Source: Aplysia californica
Taxonomy: Eukaryota
Direction of reading: 5' to 3'
NCBI RefSeq assembly: GCF_000002075.1
Contig: NW_004797274.1
Coordinates: 3,689,961 to 3,753,271 of the forward strand
Length of the DNA stretch: 63,311 bases
Shown here: positions 24,767 through 39,242 of the stretch, piece by piece
How the letters are laid out: each line of letters starts with the position of its first letter
Position numbering within the stretch: position 1 is the stretch's first letter
Position numbers and translations under genes: made by a program
Notes under the pieces: generated by a model
Database searches by the model: none
What the model was told of the DNA's origin: nothing
Seen by the model: the letters and a program-made list of their open reading frames with translations, nothing else

Positions 24767-27700
24767 TAAAAAAACTATGTTATCGCATGTCTGCATTCTG
24801 TTGATAGTTTCATTTTGTGAAATACACCCAGTGGACTACGCATGAGTCAGCTTTTGTCTGGCATTTATTGTGAAACAATGAAGTCTCCACTACTCAGTAG
24901 GAGGTGACATTTTGTCATCTGTACAGCATAGCTGCCAACCAGTATGTTAAAAATGTATTTTATATGTTTAAAGGGGTCTGAGTACGAGGTCTAATTTTGT
25001 ATCTGAAATTATGTATTCACCGTTTTCTAGTGTTACTCCTCAAGGACTTGCTGATACTGAAGAGAAATTATGAACTTGCAATGCCCACCATCTTGACCTG
25101 TTGCATGGGTAGAATCTGTTTTTGTTAGTTTTTGAAAAGTTAGCAGGCATTGTTCTGTGTTCCGTCATGGAGGCAGGTTCTGCTGGTGTGGGTCTATTAT
25201 GTAAGACAAGATAGGGTAATGATCCTCCACCGGAAGAAATTGACAGTATGCTTTCATCAGCTTCTGCAACACACAATATACATGGAATTGTAACAATACA
25301 TCACATTCTCCCTGTCTCATTCCAAAATGTAAATTGGTATCCTTATGAAAAAAACCTCTGAGATTGGGATTGAATGGCTTCTGTGGGGATATTCAAAGTA
25401 CTTGTTTCTTTTGTTTGTGAAACTTTTCTATTACATGTTTCCTTTGCCAGGCTCCATGGATCCATATCAGAGAGCCCCACGGTCTCCTCGCTCCAAAAAG
25501 TATGCCGGTGAGGGACTTGTTCAGACCTCAGAGGACTGCAAATCTCCTACTGTGGATCAGGTGGGTGGACCAAGTTATTTTCTCACAGACAGTGTAGTTT
25601 TTTTTTGTCATGGTTTCCTGTAAATTTTGAAGAGAACATAGAATAAAAACCAGAAAAACAAAGTAACTACCTTTGATCCCGCTTTTCTCTGGGAGTCAAA
25701 AACACTTGAGCTTTTCATTTTCCTTGCAACCGCAACAAAGAGCTATGATATTTTTATAGTTTTTTAAGCTAGAACGGCAAGCCAGAATTAAAGAAAGCCT
25801 TCCAGCATCTGTGGTGTAAAAGTTATGCTCTTCACTGTTGCCAGTGTGTCAAGTATCTCTGTCTGTCTGCTGGGATGCTGTGTCCCACACTGCTGGGGTT
25901 GGCCCTTACAGACAGGATCAATGCAGTCCTGCTCCTAAATGATATAAATTGTGTTGGGGTTGGAAACATTTATATATCATCTACTAGCAAGCCTTCTGTA
26001 TGGCAGTTCTCTTTCATATGTGGCACAACCTCCTTTGAAAGGTCTTTCTGTTATTTTTAAACTATTGTTGAGCTGTTAAAAGAATACAGACCGCATCAAT
26101 ATTAAGTTAACTTCTGTTTTGTTAAACAGCTTGGTAAATATGAACCTTGAACTGTGTCCTTTGAATGAATCATTTGAGTAGATATCATCAAAGTATAGTT
26201 TTGCACTGTTGAGTTTTTTAAAAAATATGTTGGTTTTAGGTCTATGAATTTTTCTTTTGAATATGTTTTCTTTTTTAATTTGATGAGAAGAAATGTCCGT
26301 AGCTGCTTTTGCAGTTTGAAAAACTACAACATTGTAAGATAAGTTGGTTTATGTTTTTTTCTCTTTATTCATTCCTGTGAAATGTAATTACTTTACGAAG
26401 AATTTGTCAATGCCTATGACTACTACAGGAGAGTTTGACTGAATTCTACTCAGCCTTCATCAATGTTTTCTCATGATGTTCACCAGCCAGTCTTGATGAA
26501 ATAACTCCCTCTCTATTCCTACTTAATCTTGAAATATTTGGAATTACAGAGGGTGTTGTTTGTTATTTTAAAAAAGGTACTTAGTACGTCAAACCCAAAT
26601 TACTTTCTGGGATAGTTTGAGGGCCCAATTAGTAGGTCCTCCTGCTGTTTCTATCGGTCTATCTTACTTTTTCTCCTGCACTTGACTGTTTCTTTGTTGA
26701 TGTGCTTCTCTATATTCGTAAACTATCAAATAAGGCTACAGTCTTGTTGTGACTGAAAAGTTGACTGCTTCAAGGCAGATCTTGATAAGAACAGGTCAAC
26801 AACAATGACATGCTATTTTCTGTTCTCTTCTGTTCTGTTTGTCTATGGTCTTGCACAGATGAAGTTATTGCTCCTCCTTCTAGTCTGTGTGTCTGTATAT
26901 GTGTGCGTGCGTGCGCGTGCGTGCGTGCCTGCGTGCGTGCCTGCCAGCGTGCGTGCCTGCCAGCGTGCGTGCATGTCGTCCTAGTAATTACACGATCTAT
27001 TGGGGTAGTGAAGGTCTCTCCTCGTGAATAAACGTACAGTCAAACACATATTTCACTTGTGATCTGGACTGTCGTATATTCGCTCCTCTTGATGGTGTAG
27101 GGGAAGGAGCAAGGAAAACTGACATCTGTGGTGTAATGGTTAAATTTTGTGCTCAGGAATAGGGCTGGGGGAGGGGGGGTTGTAGGAGGGGATTAGAGGT
27201 TGGTACAGGACATAATATGGGCTGAAGTTAAAAGGAGAGAATACTTGTTAGAACTTTACTTTGATTAAAAGTCACTAATCTGTAGTGTTGATTTTTTGTA
27301 CGTGTAACGCTGAGGAATGTAGTCTGAGGTTCTGAACCTGTGTTGAACTGCTGAAAACCTTTGTCATTTGCTTTGTCGTATGGAGGGCCCAATGGAAAGA
27401 TGAAAGATACCACAAACTAGAATTCGTGAATGGATCAATTAAAGAAATGGAAGATTCAAAACTCCATTTCTGTTCTACTGTTAGTTGATTACTAAAGTTC
27501 AACTTCCCATTCAACTAACAATAACAATAAACCACCAGTCAAACAGAAATGAAGCTTTGAGTCTACAAGCTGTAGAAATTTATACCCTCATGATTTCCTG
27601 TTTGTGATAACGCCCATTTTTCCATTGAACCATTCCTTCTTCTCACCTAGCTTCTCTTCTGCATCATTAAGACAATGGAGTCATTTTTCTTTTCTTCTGA

Positions 27701-30700
27701 TCGGGACACTACCAACCCCCCACCAACACCCCCACCCCCTCCCCCACCTTCTCATGATACTGGGTTATTATACCCTCCTTAAGCATTTCTCCAGTCCCAT
27801 TTGTTTTCTGTTGGGTTTGTTCTGCCATATCCTGACCTCTGACCTCCCTGCGTGTCACCATACTGATATCTGACCTCTGCGTGTGTCATCAAACATAAGT
27901 CATCCTCTATTTTGGTTGTCCTTCCTGTGACCTCCGACCCGCGTCATCATGTGTTTTTTGCCCGTCACTGTTTCTCTGCTCCTTATTGGTTTCAGTCAGT
28001 CTCGTACCTAAACCCCTCTCAGGGAGTGGGATGGGGGCACCCCAGCTCCTCAGCTCCCCCCTCTCCCTGTGGTGGGCCCGGCCCCCGGCCTCCAGGTCTC
28101 GGTGCCTCTCAGGGTGGGCCAGGCCCCCCGGCCACCACTACCAGCAACACTGGCAAGTCACAGCAACAACATCATCAGCCCTTGATGAAAGCAAAGTCTC
28201 TGACACCGACTAAGTCAGCCCCACCCCCCATTACCCCGGTACAGCTGCAGCAGAGACAGGGCAAGGCATCTCTGGGCAAGGCTTTGTCTGTGGGCTGCCC
28301 CGAGTCGCCACAGGTTGACAGCCGCCAGGGCTTTCAACTGGCAGCTCCTAAGAAAGTTCCCCCTCCCAGACCTCCTAGTCCCAAGCCCAGGATTGTCACG
28401 GGTTCAAGTGGCAAGAGTACAGAAGCACCCAGTTCTCAGAGGGAAGAGAAAAGAATTTCGCCAGAACCCCTGAATCCGTTTGAGGAGAATTACTTTAGTC
28501 AAGAGGCCAGCACAGGAGTTTTGAGCTCAGAGTCAAATGTCCCGAAGGCCCCGCCTCGCTCGAGGAAGCAGCTTCATCAGAAGACGCTAGTCCACCAGCC
28601 CGCTCTCGATCTTCCGCCATCCCCTAAGAGGGAGTCCGCCAGCCCCAGCAGTATTCCCACCAGCCCCTCCGCCTTTCACTCGCTGGTGGTAGGGGAGGGA
28701 TCGGGGGCGTTATGTGCTTCCCCACCCATCCTCACGCCTGTGATATGTCTGCCCCGCTCCAGCAGCGAGAGCCGAGAGATAAGCCGGTGTCAGAAGTCCT
28801 CGTCCTGCGAGAACCCCTCCTACCTGTCACCCTCTCTGCCGGGCAAGCCCAAGAGTGTGAGCACCGGTGACCTCCCCTCCGCTGAGCCCCGGAGGTTGAG
28901 AAGTGCCTCCAGCTCCTCTGACACAGGGGCGAAGAGGGAAAGTGCGACCAAGACTTTCTCTGACCCACACAGTCGCACAGCCAGTCGGGAGAAAGTCTCC
29001 TCAGAGGCAGAAGATCCTCTGAGAAAGTCTTCTTCAGATAGTCAACTTCCGGCCTCCAAGGATGAGGCTGATGCAGCGTGTAGTACAGAGCAAGAAGAGT
29101 TGGCAGGACATCCAGAGGCTTCCAAGAACTGGCTCATGAAGAAGATCCACCGCAGGTCCAAGAAAAAGAAGAAAAAGAATGCAGAGGGAGGGGAGGAGTC
29201 TCATGATTCTGCTGCTGCTGGTGAGGGGACTACCACAACAACCGGTGAGCTGGGTGAGAAGGCAAAAGATGGCGGTGCTGTTGTAAGCTCTGACTGTGAT
29301 AAATCTGGGCTGGAAGATGGCCAGCAGGGCCAGGAGGTCACCGGACACAAAGAGGAGAAAGAAGACAGCGACGAAGCACTCTGTGACCTGGAGGGGCTGG
29401 AGTCGGTCCCGGGGGGAATGGGGGGAGGGAGGAGGAGCCCTGGCTATAACAAAACGTTTTTCCACCGCGTCAGTTTGAAGATTAAGTCCATAGGGTCCCG
29501 CAAATTGTCCAACGAGGAGGAAGATGGGAAAGAGGTGTCTGGTGGTGGTAGCAGCAGCAGCTGCGCTGGGCCGCTGTCCGCCCATAAACTGCTGCAGAAA
29601 TCCATGGACCGGCCTCCCCGGGTTAAGATTGAGGTGCTGGACATGACCGATGATGGGCCCAAGAAGCACAGCATGCGCCGAATGTACTTGACCGATGTAC
29701 TGCAGTCCAGGAAGACTGTGGGTAGGTACAGCAACAACACGTCAACATACGCAACACACCCACCTCCTCCTCCTCCTCCTCCACATCCTCCACCACCACC
29801 TCCACCTGTGGATGTGCTTCCTGTACGCACATACACACGTGTATTTAACCTTGTTTGGAACCCTCACTCACCCAGTTCTCTGTCTCTCTCAACAGCTTTT
29901 GACCATTTACTAACTGCCTGCGAATGTGCTCTGTTGTGACTCTGTGGTCGAGACAGTTTTTACTTCATATATGTCTTTTAGGTTTCGAAAACTACATTTT
30001 TTTTCCTTCTTTTTTTTTTGGTTCCTGTTTCAGATTTGTTTTCTGTTTTCTTTTCGCTGCCTTTCCCCTCAGCATCCAGAGGTGGTCTGGTTACACTTTG
30101 AGGTTTTTTTCCTCAACTGTTATTGTTGATATTTTACTTCAACCTGTTCACCCAGTTTTTCAGAGCACATTTGTCAATGAATTGAATTCTAATCTACTTT
30201 TTTTTCTTTTTTTTTTCCTGATTGCTTTTCAACTTGTTTTCCATGGTTACCACGTCCACCGGCCTGCCCCACCCTCTCCCATTTCCCAGCATGAGAAGCA
30301 TCGTTGCAGCAACACTCCAGCATGATGGCCTCATCGTTGTCTTTTGACAGGATCCAGCTCCGTCCTAGGTTCCTCATCTCTTTCTCTCTCTCTCTTTCTC
30401 TTCTATCTCACTTCCTCTCTCTCTCTCTCTCTCTCCTTCTCTCCCATAGTGCTTCCGGTAGTTTACTCCCGATTTTACTTTTCAGTGGGCCCCCCCCCCC
30501 CCCCCCCCCCATTGTCATGGAATGGAACGCCACCTGAAATATAAACTTGTTCAAACAAACGCCTCCACCTTCCGCGTCTTGCTGCCACCAACGACGGCAG
30601 TGCGTCTTTTTGACCTTGTTTTTTGGGGGTTTATTTTTTTTGGTTACTATTCATTTTATGTCAATTGGCTTGTCACAACTTACATCCTGTATGCCTCTTT

Positions 30701-33700
30701 TTCAGGGTGAGCTCAAATTGCCGTCACACTTTCTCTTGTGTGAGGATGTGAGGTTTCGTCAGGGGCACCAAGGCATGAATGCATATAGCTCTCCATTTTT
30801 CAAAAGACGTAGTAGCACTAGTCGTTTATTTTACTTATCTATTTTATCATCATTATTATTATTAATATTCTTATTCTTATTATTGTTATTATGGTTATTG
30901 TTATTATTACTATATTATTATTACTAACAGTCAGTGTCTACACTAGTTGTCAAGTCCACTAGCTCTGTCCAGTTGTTGACAAAGTTGGACTGTTTTGGAC
31001 ATGAGATGTGGCCAGTCTAGGCTTTATAGCATCATATATACGTGTGGCTTAATTGTGTTCTATGTCAGGTATGCTTGTGTATCATCAAGAAATCATAAAG
31101 TAACAGGAATGTCATCATCTAACTTTAAACTCAAGTTATCCTCTTCACGTGTTTAGTAGATTGCACCAATGATGGGAATAAATTTAGGTCCTGTGGTGAT
31201 AAAGTTTCATAGAGAGGTGGGAGGTAGATTTGAAAATGTAGAAAGAAGTTACAGAAATTCATTCATGCATTGGCTCCCTCTTGTCTCCCGTTTTGGTTTT
31301 TTCTCGTGTAATTTAAACTTAACCCTCCCGACATTTTGGAATCACTTTCTCAGTTTTTGCTTTTCCTCCTGGGTTTGATGCTGACAAGTTTTTTTGTTTC
31401 TTTCCCCCTTAGTGAAAGGTCGTGACCTTGTGACCAACTTTTTCAGTTTTTGCCTCCCATTTTTGAGTCTTTAAGTTTTCTAGTCCCTCCCGACTTTCCT
31501 GTTAGAGTCTGTTCATCTGTGCTATGCAGAATGTTTTTCTCCATTGTGGTGACTGAACATGACGTGAGCTGTAAGCATGAGACGGCTTTATCTTAGCGCT
31601 CACTCGTGGAAGCATGGGCTTGAAGTATTGCATTATGGCTCTAGAGATACAGTGTGTGTCCATTTTTAACTGTACTTAGTCCGACCTAGTTCAGTTTAGA
31701 TCATGGAATCAGTTGGACTTTTATTTTGGTCAGTTTGGTTTGTTGCATTTTGTTGTAAGTGGTGTCAAGTCTATTTTGCTTGTTAGAGCAGCAATGTTCT
31801 CCATCACTTACAGTAGGACATGTACAGCACTCACACCCACAAACACACACATATGCAATGTATGCAATTACTTTTCATAGTCACTTTTTGTGTTTTTGTA
31901 GCGTTCACAGTTCTTTTCCCAGACATCTCATGGACACAGCATTCTTTCATGGATTCTTTGGACTTAACAAAATACTGAACATGCTCATATCCTCATCTGT
32001 GGAGATATATTATAGTGGCCTTCATTTGAACTTATCAGAAGTGTGTATTCACAATTTAGGAAGCTGCATCCAGCTTAAAACCATTCTTGCCATCGCCTCT
32101 CGGGTAGTTTTGTGTGATTCTGTAAGTTTTATCCTTAAAAGTCTGTTCATGTTTACACCAAAGAAAGCTCCTGGTATGTTGTCAAAACAGCATCAGTTCT
32201 CAGCCTCAGGATTAGTTTTGAGTTTGGCATAGCAATTACTTATTCTATTGTTGGAACTTCTCTGTTCCTTGTCCCAGAAATGGGGGACCAAGTTGAACAA
32301 GAATTTAACTTTAGTGAAAAGAGTTCCTGAATGTCCTCTTGAAGTTTATTATCTCCAGAGCCCTGGCCCTAACAAATTTCTTTGGTTCCTTTTACACCTG
32401 TTCTAGTCAGTCTGTAGTGTTTGTAAAGATGTTTGTTCAATTTTCAGTTTTATCTCCGAATTCTTGATCTCATTTCAGTTTTGTCCATGTGTGTCTCCTC
32501 TTACTACCATTTTGTTTCTTGTGTGTCTTTCATTTTGATCCGCTGAGAAAAAGTACGTTTTTGACTTTGTGAGCCGTTAACACCATTTTAGGCTCTACTG
32601 TGGCATACTGGAGCGAACAACACGGCTTTGGGGACTGGCAGAGCCTGCAGGAAGCTACATGTCCTTCGCCCATCACTCGGAAACATCTCCATATACGCTA
32701 AATATTTTCTCCACTTCTTTTTACCCCCCCCCCTTCCCTCCTACACCCACTGACTGCCGGTCCTCCCTTCTGACTTTGTGTGTCCCCCTCCCCCTCTGGT
32801 CAAATGACAACGCTTGGGGTCACACTGGGAAATTGGCGGATAGATTAACGGCGACTGTCTCAGTCCAACCACCCCTGGGATTCGAACCACTAGGAAACAG
32901 CTTTCTGCTGAAACACGCCGGCCCAAGTCTGGGGCCAACAGAAAGTTGCAGAGAGTCCACAGTGTAGCCTCTATGGACGAGCCCTTCCTCAGTGCAGGAG
33001 GAGGAGGAGGAGGTGGTGGTGGTGGTGTGTGCTCTCAGCTTTACTACTATGTCCCTTCCGGCCTACATATCATATAAATACGTCCTCTTTTGGTGTCCTT
33101 TTGTGGCAAGCTGCATTCTCATCTTCTTCTGTGCGTCTGGTCGTGTCATTGGTTCCTGCAGTCGCTGGTGTAGACTCATCATTGTCCATGTGGTCATCCT
33201 CGTACATGTCTCTCTGTACTCACACACACACAGTTATTTCCCTTCTTGTGTGCACAGCTCCCTGCTCTACCTGTTCAAGTGTTATTATTTCATGGATATC
33301 TGCGCTGGTTTCTACTGTTTCTTATCCTTAGTTACTTTCTTTTCTCGTTTCACGTGTTGATTTCCTTATGGGTCGTTTCTCAATGATTTGTTATGGCTCC
33401 TCTGTCTATGATTTTGTTATGGTTCATTTCTCTATGATTTCGTTTTTGTTAAATTTTTGGTTATTGTTACTCTTGGGTTTCTTTTGTGTGACGGTGTCTC
33501 ACCCCAGACCGATCGTGCTTCTTTCATTTTGTCGTTTTACTCCTATTACCCTACTTTTTGTTTCATCAGACATTTTATCGGCAATTGTTTAAGTCAGTTA
33601 CCCAATTATTTTACAATACATTGCTCAGTTGAGGTCATATATGTGACGTGAACTGTGTATAAAAGGTCTATTCTCAAAGCTTTTACCTCCCTCCTAAATC

Positions 33701-36700
33701 ATGTTAATTGTGCATATGGAGGCGTAAAATGTGTACAGTTATTGTGTTCACAAGTTTGGTTTCTTAATGTAAAAGAATATTGTTCAATGTTTAACATTGT
33801 GACCCTGGCGGTTTGAAGAACTTGAACTGTCAATCTTAAACTTGTTTGTGGAGTTTCTTTTGAATTGAAAAAGAATGTGGACCTTTGCGGCCCATAATTT
33901 CTACCGTTATCCAAATATACTGTTATGGCTTTGAATTTTAAGAAGTAGCCTGCTCAAGAGCAGTACCTTGAAGTAGTTCTTTTGTTGCTGAGGTTGTGTT
34001 TTCATAACTTTTCTGAAGCGGGCAGGACAAGTCCGGCTTATTCTTAGTTTTTGTATACCCCCTGCCCCTACACACATATATACATAAATATCTTCGTGTT
34101 TTGAAACTTCTTTTTTTTGACAATTCACTCCATTTTTTCATTTCATATTGGAGTCCCGTTAACTTGCCAACAGATTCACATGTGTACACCCATACATGAA
34201 CATATGCGCGCACACACGTGGGTATGCACACTCATTCACATAAACGCACATGGACATATGTAATATACACCATCTATTTTAATGGCTCTTAGCCTCATTT
34301 TTTTTACGTAACTCAAACATGCACACAAACACATACACACACTCACACACTCCCACACACACACACTTGTATACACACACTCATACACAGGCACTCGCAA
34401 ACACCACCACACACCCACCCTCACAGACCCACTCACACATAGACAGACAAAGACGCACTCCCACAAACACTCAGNNNNNNNNNNNNNNNNNNNNNNNNNN
34501 NNNNNNNNNNNNNNNNNNNNNNNNNNNNNNNNNNNNNNNNNNNNNNNNNNNNNNNNNNNNNNNNNNNNNNNNNNNNNNNNNNNNNNNNNNNNNNNNNNNN
34601 NNNNNNNNNNNNNNNNNNNNNNNNNNNNACACACAGCCCACAGAATTGCCCTCAATTACATACACACTTTAATTCCGACCTGTAACCAGTGTTGACCAGG
34701 GTTCTCACCGTGTGTCCTGTTGAACTTGCCCCAGGGTTTCGCGTCCGACCACACCACCATAGATCGCTACCGTCCCTCCACATGTTCAGACTTGCCTCTG
34801 CTATGCTCACCAGTAGCTGTAGTCGCTTGCCCCGTCTGCTTGAGGAAGACGATGGTGGTCCTGAGATAGAGAAATACTTTTTTGTGCTTTCTTCTTTCAG
34901 TCACATGACTTACTTTTAGACCCTTTGGTCTTGAAATACTTGTGTGATACGTTTCTAACATGCCCGTAAACTTTTAGACGTTCCAGGATGGAATCACGTT
35001 ATTGTTGAAAGGGTCACGATTTGTTTTTGTCATTGTTACAGGTTTTGTCTTGACAGTAGAGTTTGTTGTGCATTTTTGTGTGTGTGTGTACGTGGTGGTA
35101 TGCGGATATGTGTGCGTGTGCGTGTGTGAGTTGCGACGCAACTATCCATGACTGTAATGGATGATACTTAGATAGAGTAAAAAACAGAGGGCATAAGTTT
35201 CCTAGTTCCAGTCTCAGAGTTGGTCCAAAGAGTTTCTTCACATTTCATGCTTCTTTCTGTCAGTTTTGACTTTGTTGAGAGAAAAGAAAGTCGCTGGTCT
35301 GTGCTCTGTTCTTCGCTGTGGCTCAAGTTGTTGCTTTGGTGAAATTTGTCATAAGTTTTAGCTTGCAGTCCCTGTGGTTTTGTGCACAATGTAGAATTGA
35401 GATGAATACAGGCCTTTGAGAAATGTCTTTTTAAGATTGGAATCCAGAGATGTTTTACAGAATTGTATTCTCAGTTGGGTTACAGACTCCTTTTAGATGT
35501 GTGATTTCTGTCAGAATACAAAGAGCTTTTAGAAATATGTTTTCATCAGGAATATTTACAAAATAGAGAGTGTATTTTTAATTTTAAAGAAAATTGGAAC
35601 AATTTAAAACGTTTATATTTTGTCAAATATAGTCTTTTGAGAAACATGCTTTAAGTTGAAATACAGATGAATATTTGGAAAATTTCAGTTCGAATGTCTT
35701 TTGGTACTGTTTTGAGTTTTTCTGTCCATTGATTGGCGGACCTAGGGTACTTTCTATTTGTAGTTTCTCTTAGTTCCCTGCACCAAGGATTTGTGTCAGT
35801 CTGCCCATCTGGTGATGGATTTTAATTTTCTTAAAAGTCGTTTCGACATGGATGCCAGCAATCTGGTGTGGACAACCAGAACTCTTGTAGAAATGTAGCG
35901 TGTGCTTTTTCTTTTCTCCAATGACACATTTCTTTTCGTTGTGGCTAACATTTTAAACATAGATGAAAGAACAAAATGTTGAGTGTTTATCATTCCTATG
36001 GCATAAATGTTTGATTTGGTCTATGTGTATCAGGCTGAATGTGTAGATAGATGCATGCTTTATTTTACTTTCATTTCTTGATTTTTTTCCCCGTTTCAGT
36101 TTTACACAGGCTGCTCCAAAGATCCTTCAATTACTCTCTAGCTTAAATATGATGTTTTACAAAAATCTCAGTCTATGTAACTGAATACGTGAAGCTGAAA
36201 CCAGTAGCATTACATCCAGTTTCATGGAACCTTCTGTTGCCTCCAAACGTTTGCAATGAATTTGACAGTTGTTTTGTAAAACTCTTGTCTTCAGTTATTT
36301 GTAATTTTTCATCATGTTAACATTTTCATAACACTTGTGAGGCTGGAGCAGCCTGTCTGGGTATTTTCACTTCACTCTGAGGTCATGACAAGACTAATCA
36401 CACTGCAGAGCCATGGCATGACACGCAATGATTTGATCAAGTGTCAATGTTGCTGAGTGTTTCAGATTTCTTTTCGTCTAGTTTGACCAGCTCTGTAAAG
36501 ATCTCAAACACCTGGTCTTTTTACTTCGTATAAAGATTCTTTTTTGGGACTTATCCTTTGCGGGCATTACAGTGCCCCTTGAATGACCAAAACTGTTTGA
36601 ATGGGGGTGTAAAACACTGACAATCATTTTGCATGGCATGGTTCTCATGTTTGGCAGTGTGGCTTTTTTCCCTTTTTTTTAGTGTGGCTCACGTCGTCCT

Positions 36701-38187
36701 CAGATCTGTTTATCATTTCCCTTTGTCATTTTTATTTTAGTGACTCCTGGAATGACGACTGCACTATCTGTGGGATATATCTAGATGTTTTTGCTTTTCT
36801 TTTCCACTTCTTGACATTTTTAGTGAATTTTATTTGCATTCTTGATTTATCTGCATACTTTTATGTTCCATGTGCTATCTGTATGTTGTTGCTGTAGTGC
36901 TATATGTGGATTTGCAACATTTTTGTTAATGGAACACTTCATTAGTTACGGTTGTACTTACTTGTTGGATCAGTTGCCTGTATTCTTAAAAAAATAATTG
37001 AATCTTATATTTTTGTATGCATTAGTAAAGAATGGAAGTGTCACTTTGTGTGAGACATTCTGACCTTCAAGTTTTTAGAGTAGTGCTGTGTCTGGATGCT
37101 CTGAAAAAGTCCAAATCTGAACAAAATACACACGTCTTTAAGTGTAAAGTGTGTTGGAGGAATTTTCAGTACACTTAGGCTTAGAAGGGCTAAGGAAAAG
37201 GAAGTCAAATCTCAGTTTTAAACCTGTCATTTGAGCTCAAAAGGGGTAACACGATGAATCAATTCTCAGTATTAAAACGGAACACTTAGAAGGGTAACTA
37301 TGAAGTTAATTCTCAATTCTCAGCCCCACCACTTTTATTTGGAAGTGTTAAAAGGATGAAGTCAGTCCTTAATGCGTAAGCTACTGTTCTGCAAACACCC
37401 TGCATTTTCATCATTATGATACTAAATCAATGAAATGAACATGAGTACAGATAAAATATGAACATTCATGGGATATAGTGTATGATCTCTGTCATGGGTA
37501 CAGCTAGAATATAGACATATCATGGGTACCATATAGGCGCCAAGTACATCTAGATAAGGCGTATTGAATGTTTGGGTTTTTTCCCACAAGCAGCAATGGA
37601 TTCCAGTTGATATGAATAATGATAATATGGTGCATTTATACTGAATATATCATTACTAGAAAGAAGGTTGTATTTGCTGAACAATATATTATGTGAGTAT
37701 TTGAGAGGTAAGCTCTCGTTACTGACCCACAATGCTAGGACTTGACCATACCAATGTACGAAGCATTTTTATTAATCTTTCTTGGTAATGAAGTTTTCAG
37801 TTTTGTTTGATTATGAAAGCAGAGATAAGACTTCCCCTTTATAGGCTTTGATTTGTTGATTTTGGAAGTAGTCAGTGAGTAGGAAATGTGTCCACTGTGA
37901 TGATGATGAATGTCTCTGGTTGGGCAGTGGTCACTCGTGCTGAATGTTGACCGTATATCTGGCAGACAAAGTGGACGGCTCCTCGTTCTCCCGGTCTCGG
38001 AGCTCCAGCATGTCAAGTCTAGACAACGTGACCAAAGAAGCCATCCAGTGTCTGGTGTTTGCTGACTCCTACACTCGCAAGTCAGGTCTGTACAGAGTGT
38101 GGTTGGAGGAGGACTGCTGGTAGTTCCTACTTCTTCTCTTCATCTCTGATATTTTTGTGTGCCGGTCTGTCATTCTTTTGTGTCTTG

Positions 38188-38228
<41 letters not shown>

Positions 38229-39186
38229 TACTCTGTTGCAGCACTAAATGACCATTATTGTGTTAATGTGCCTCTCTTTATCCAAACGAACAAATTAACA
38301 AACAGACAAGCAAACAAACAAACAAACAAATGCCAATGTGCTGCTCTTTCCTTAAACAAATCAAATCAAATGTAAGCTCTTCAAAGTGTTCTACTCTTTT
38401 GTTATAACTTACCTGGTTTTTATTTGTGTGTGTTTCTGCCCTTTTATGAGTTTGTGTATATATTTATATTGACTGCTCAGCGTAAGACCCTATCTACGTT
38501 ACTTTATATTTTTTCGCGAAATGCGGAGTGTTACTCTAAGTAGTCAATATTTATGTGCACGTTTTGTACGTATGTATTTCTGTATGATCTCCGTAGTGCT
38601 TTGGTAAATTGCACATTAAGGTCTTTGCTGTTACACTCTAAAGACATGAGTTCAGTTCCTGTTTTGGACGTCTATTGATGTCTCTCTGCTAGAATAGTGT
38701 CCCACTCAGCCAAGATTGGCCCAGACAGGTGAGGTCAAAGCAGCTCACCTCATAAATGGTCTAATTTGTGTTCATAGAGGTGTAAAATATTAACAATAAT
38801 AAGAGTGTGTCAACAGTGATCTGAGCAAGGAGGTGGAGAATGCCATTGTTAGGTCCTTCTTCACTCACCTTCTGTCACGTCTATTTATCTGTCTTGCCTT
38901 TTTCTATGCTGGAATGACCTTCATTGTTCCCAGTGCTTATCTATGAAAAGAAACCAAGAAAACTATCCAAAATAACCAAAGTAAGAAAACTATCCAAAAT
39001 AACCAAAGTACCTTGAGTAAGTGGGGTTTTATTTGTATCTGACATGTATGAGAGCGAAGATAGAGCTTCGTGTTTTTTTCTCTTAAGTTTTAAAAGTATT
39101 TTTAAAAAATTGATATGTGTTTGAATTCCAGCAATGATTTTCAGTAACGAGAGCTTACATCACAACTTAATTTGTCTTTGTTGTGT

Positions 39187-39242
<56 letters not shown>

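Noticed and set aside
25357-25364. GTATCCTT U12 donor-like motif
   Set aside because: Lies inside an intron already bounded by consistent splice sites, with no matching upstream exon or U12 branch site.
29034-29836. Antisense ORFs over the giant exon
   Set aside because: Expected shadow ORFs of GC-rich coding sequence.
27912-29939. 675-aa ORF as an independent nested gene
   Set aside because: No ATG at its start; splice sites and phases fit it exactly as a tomosyn exon.
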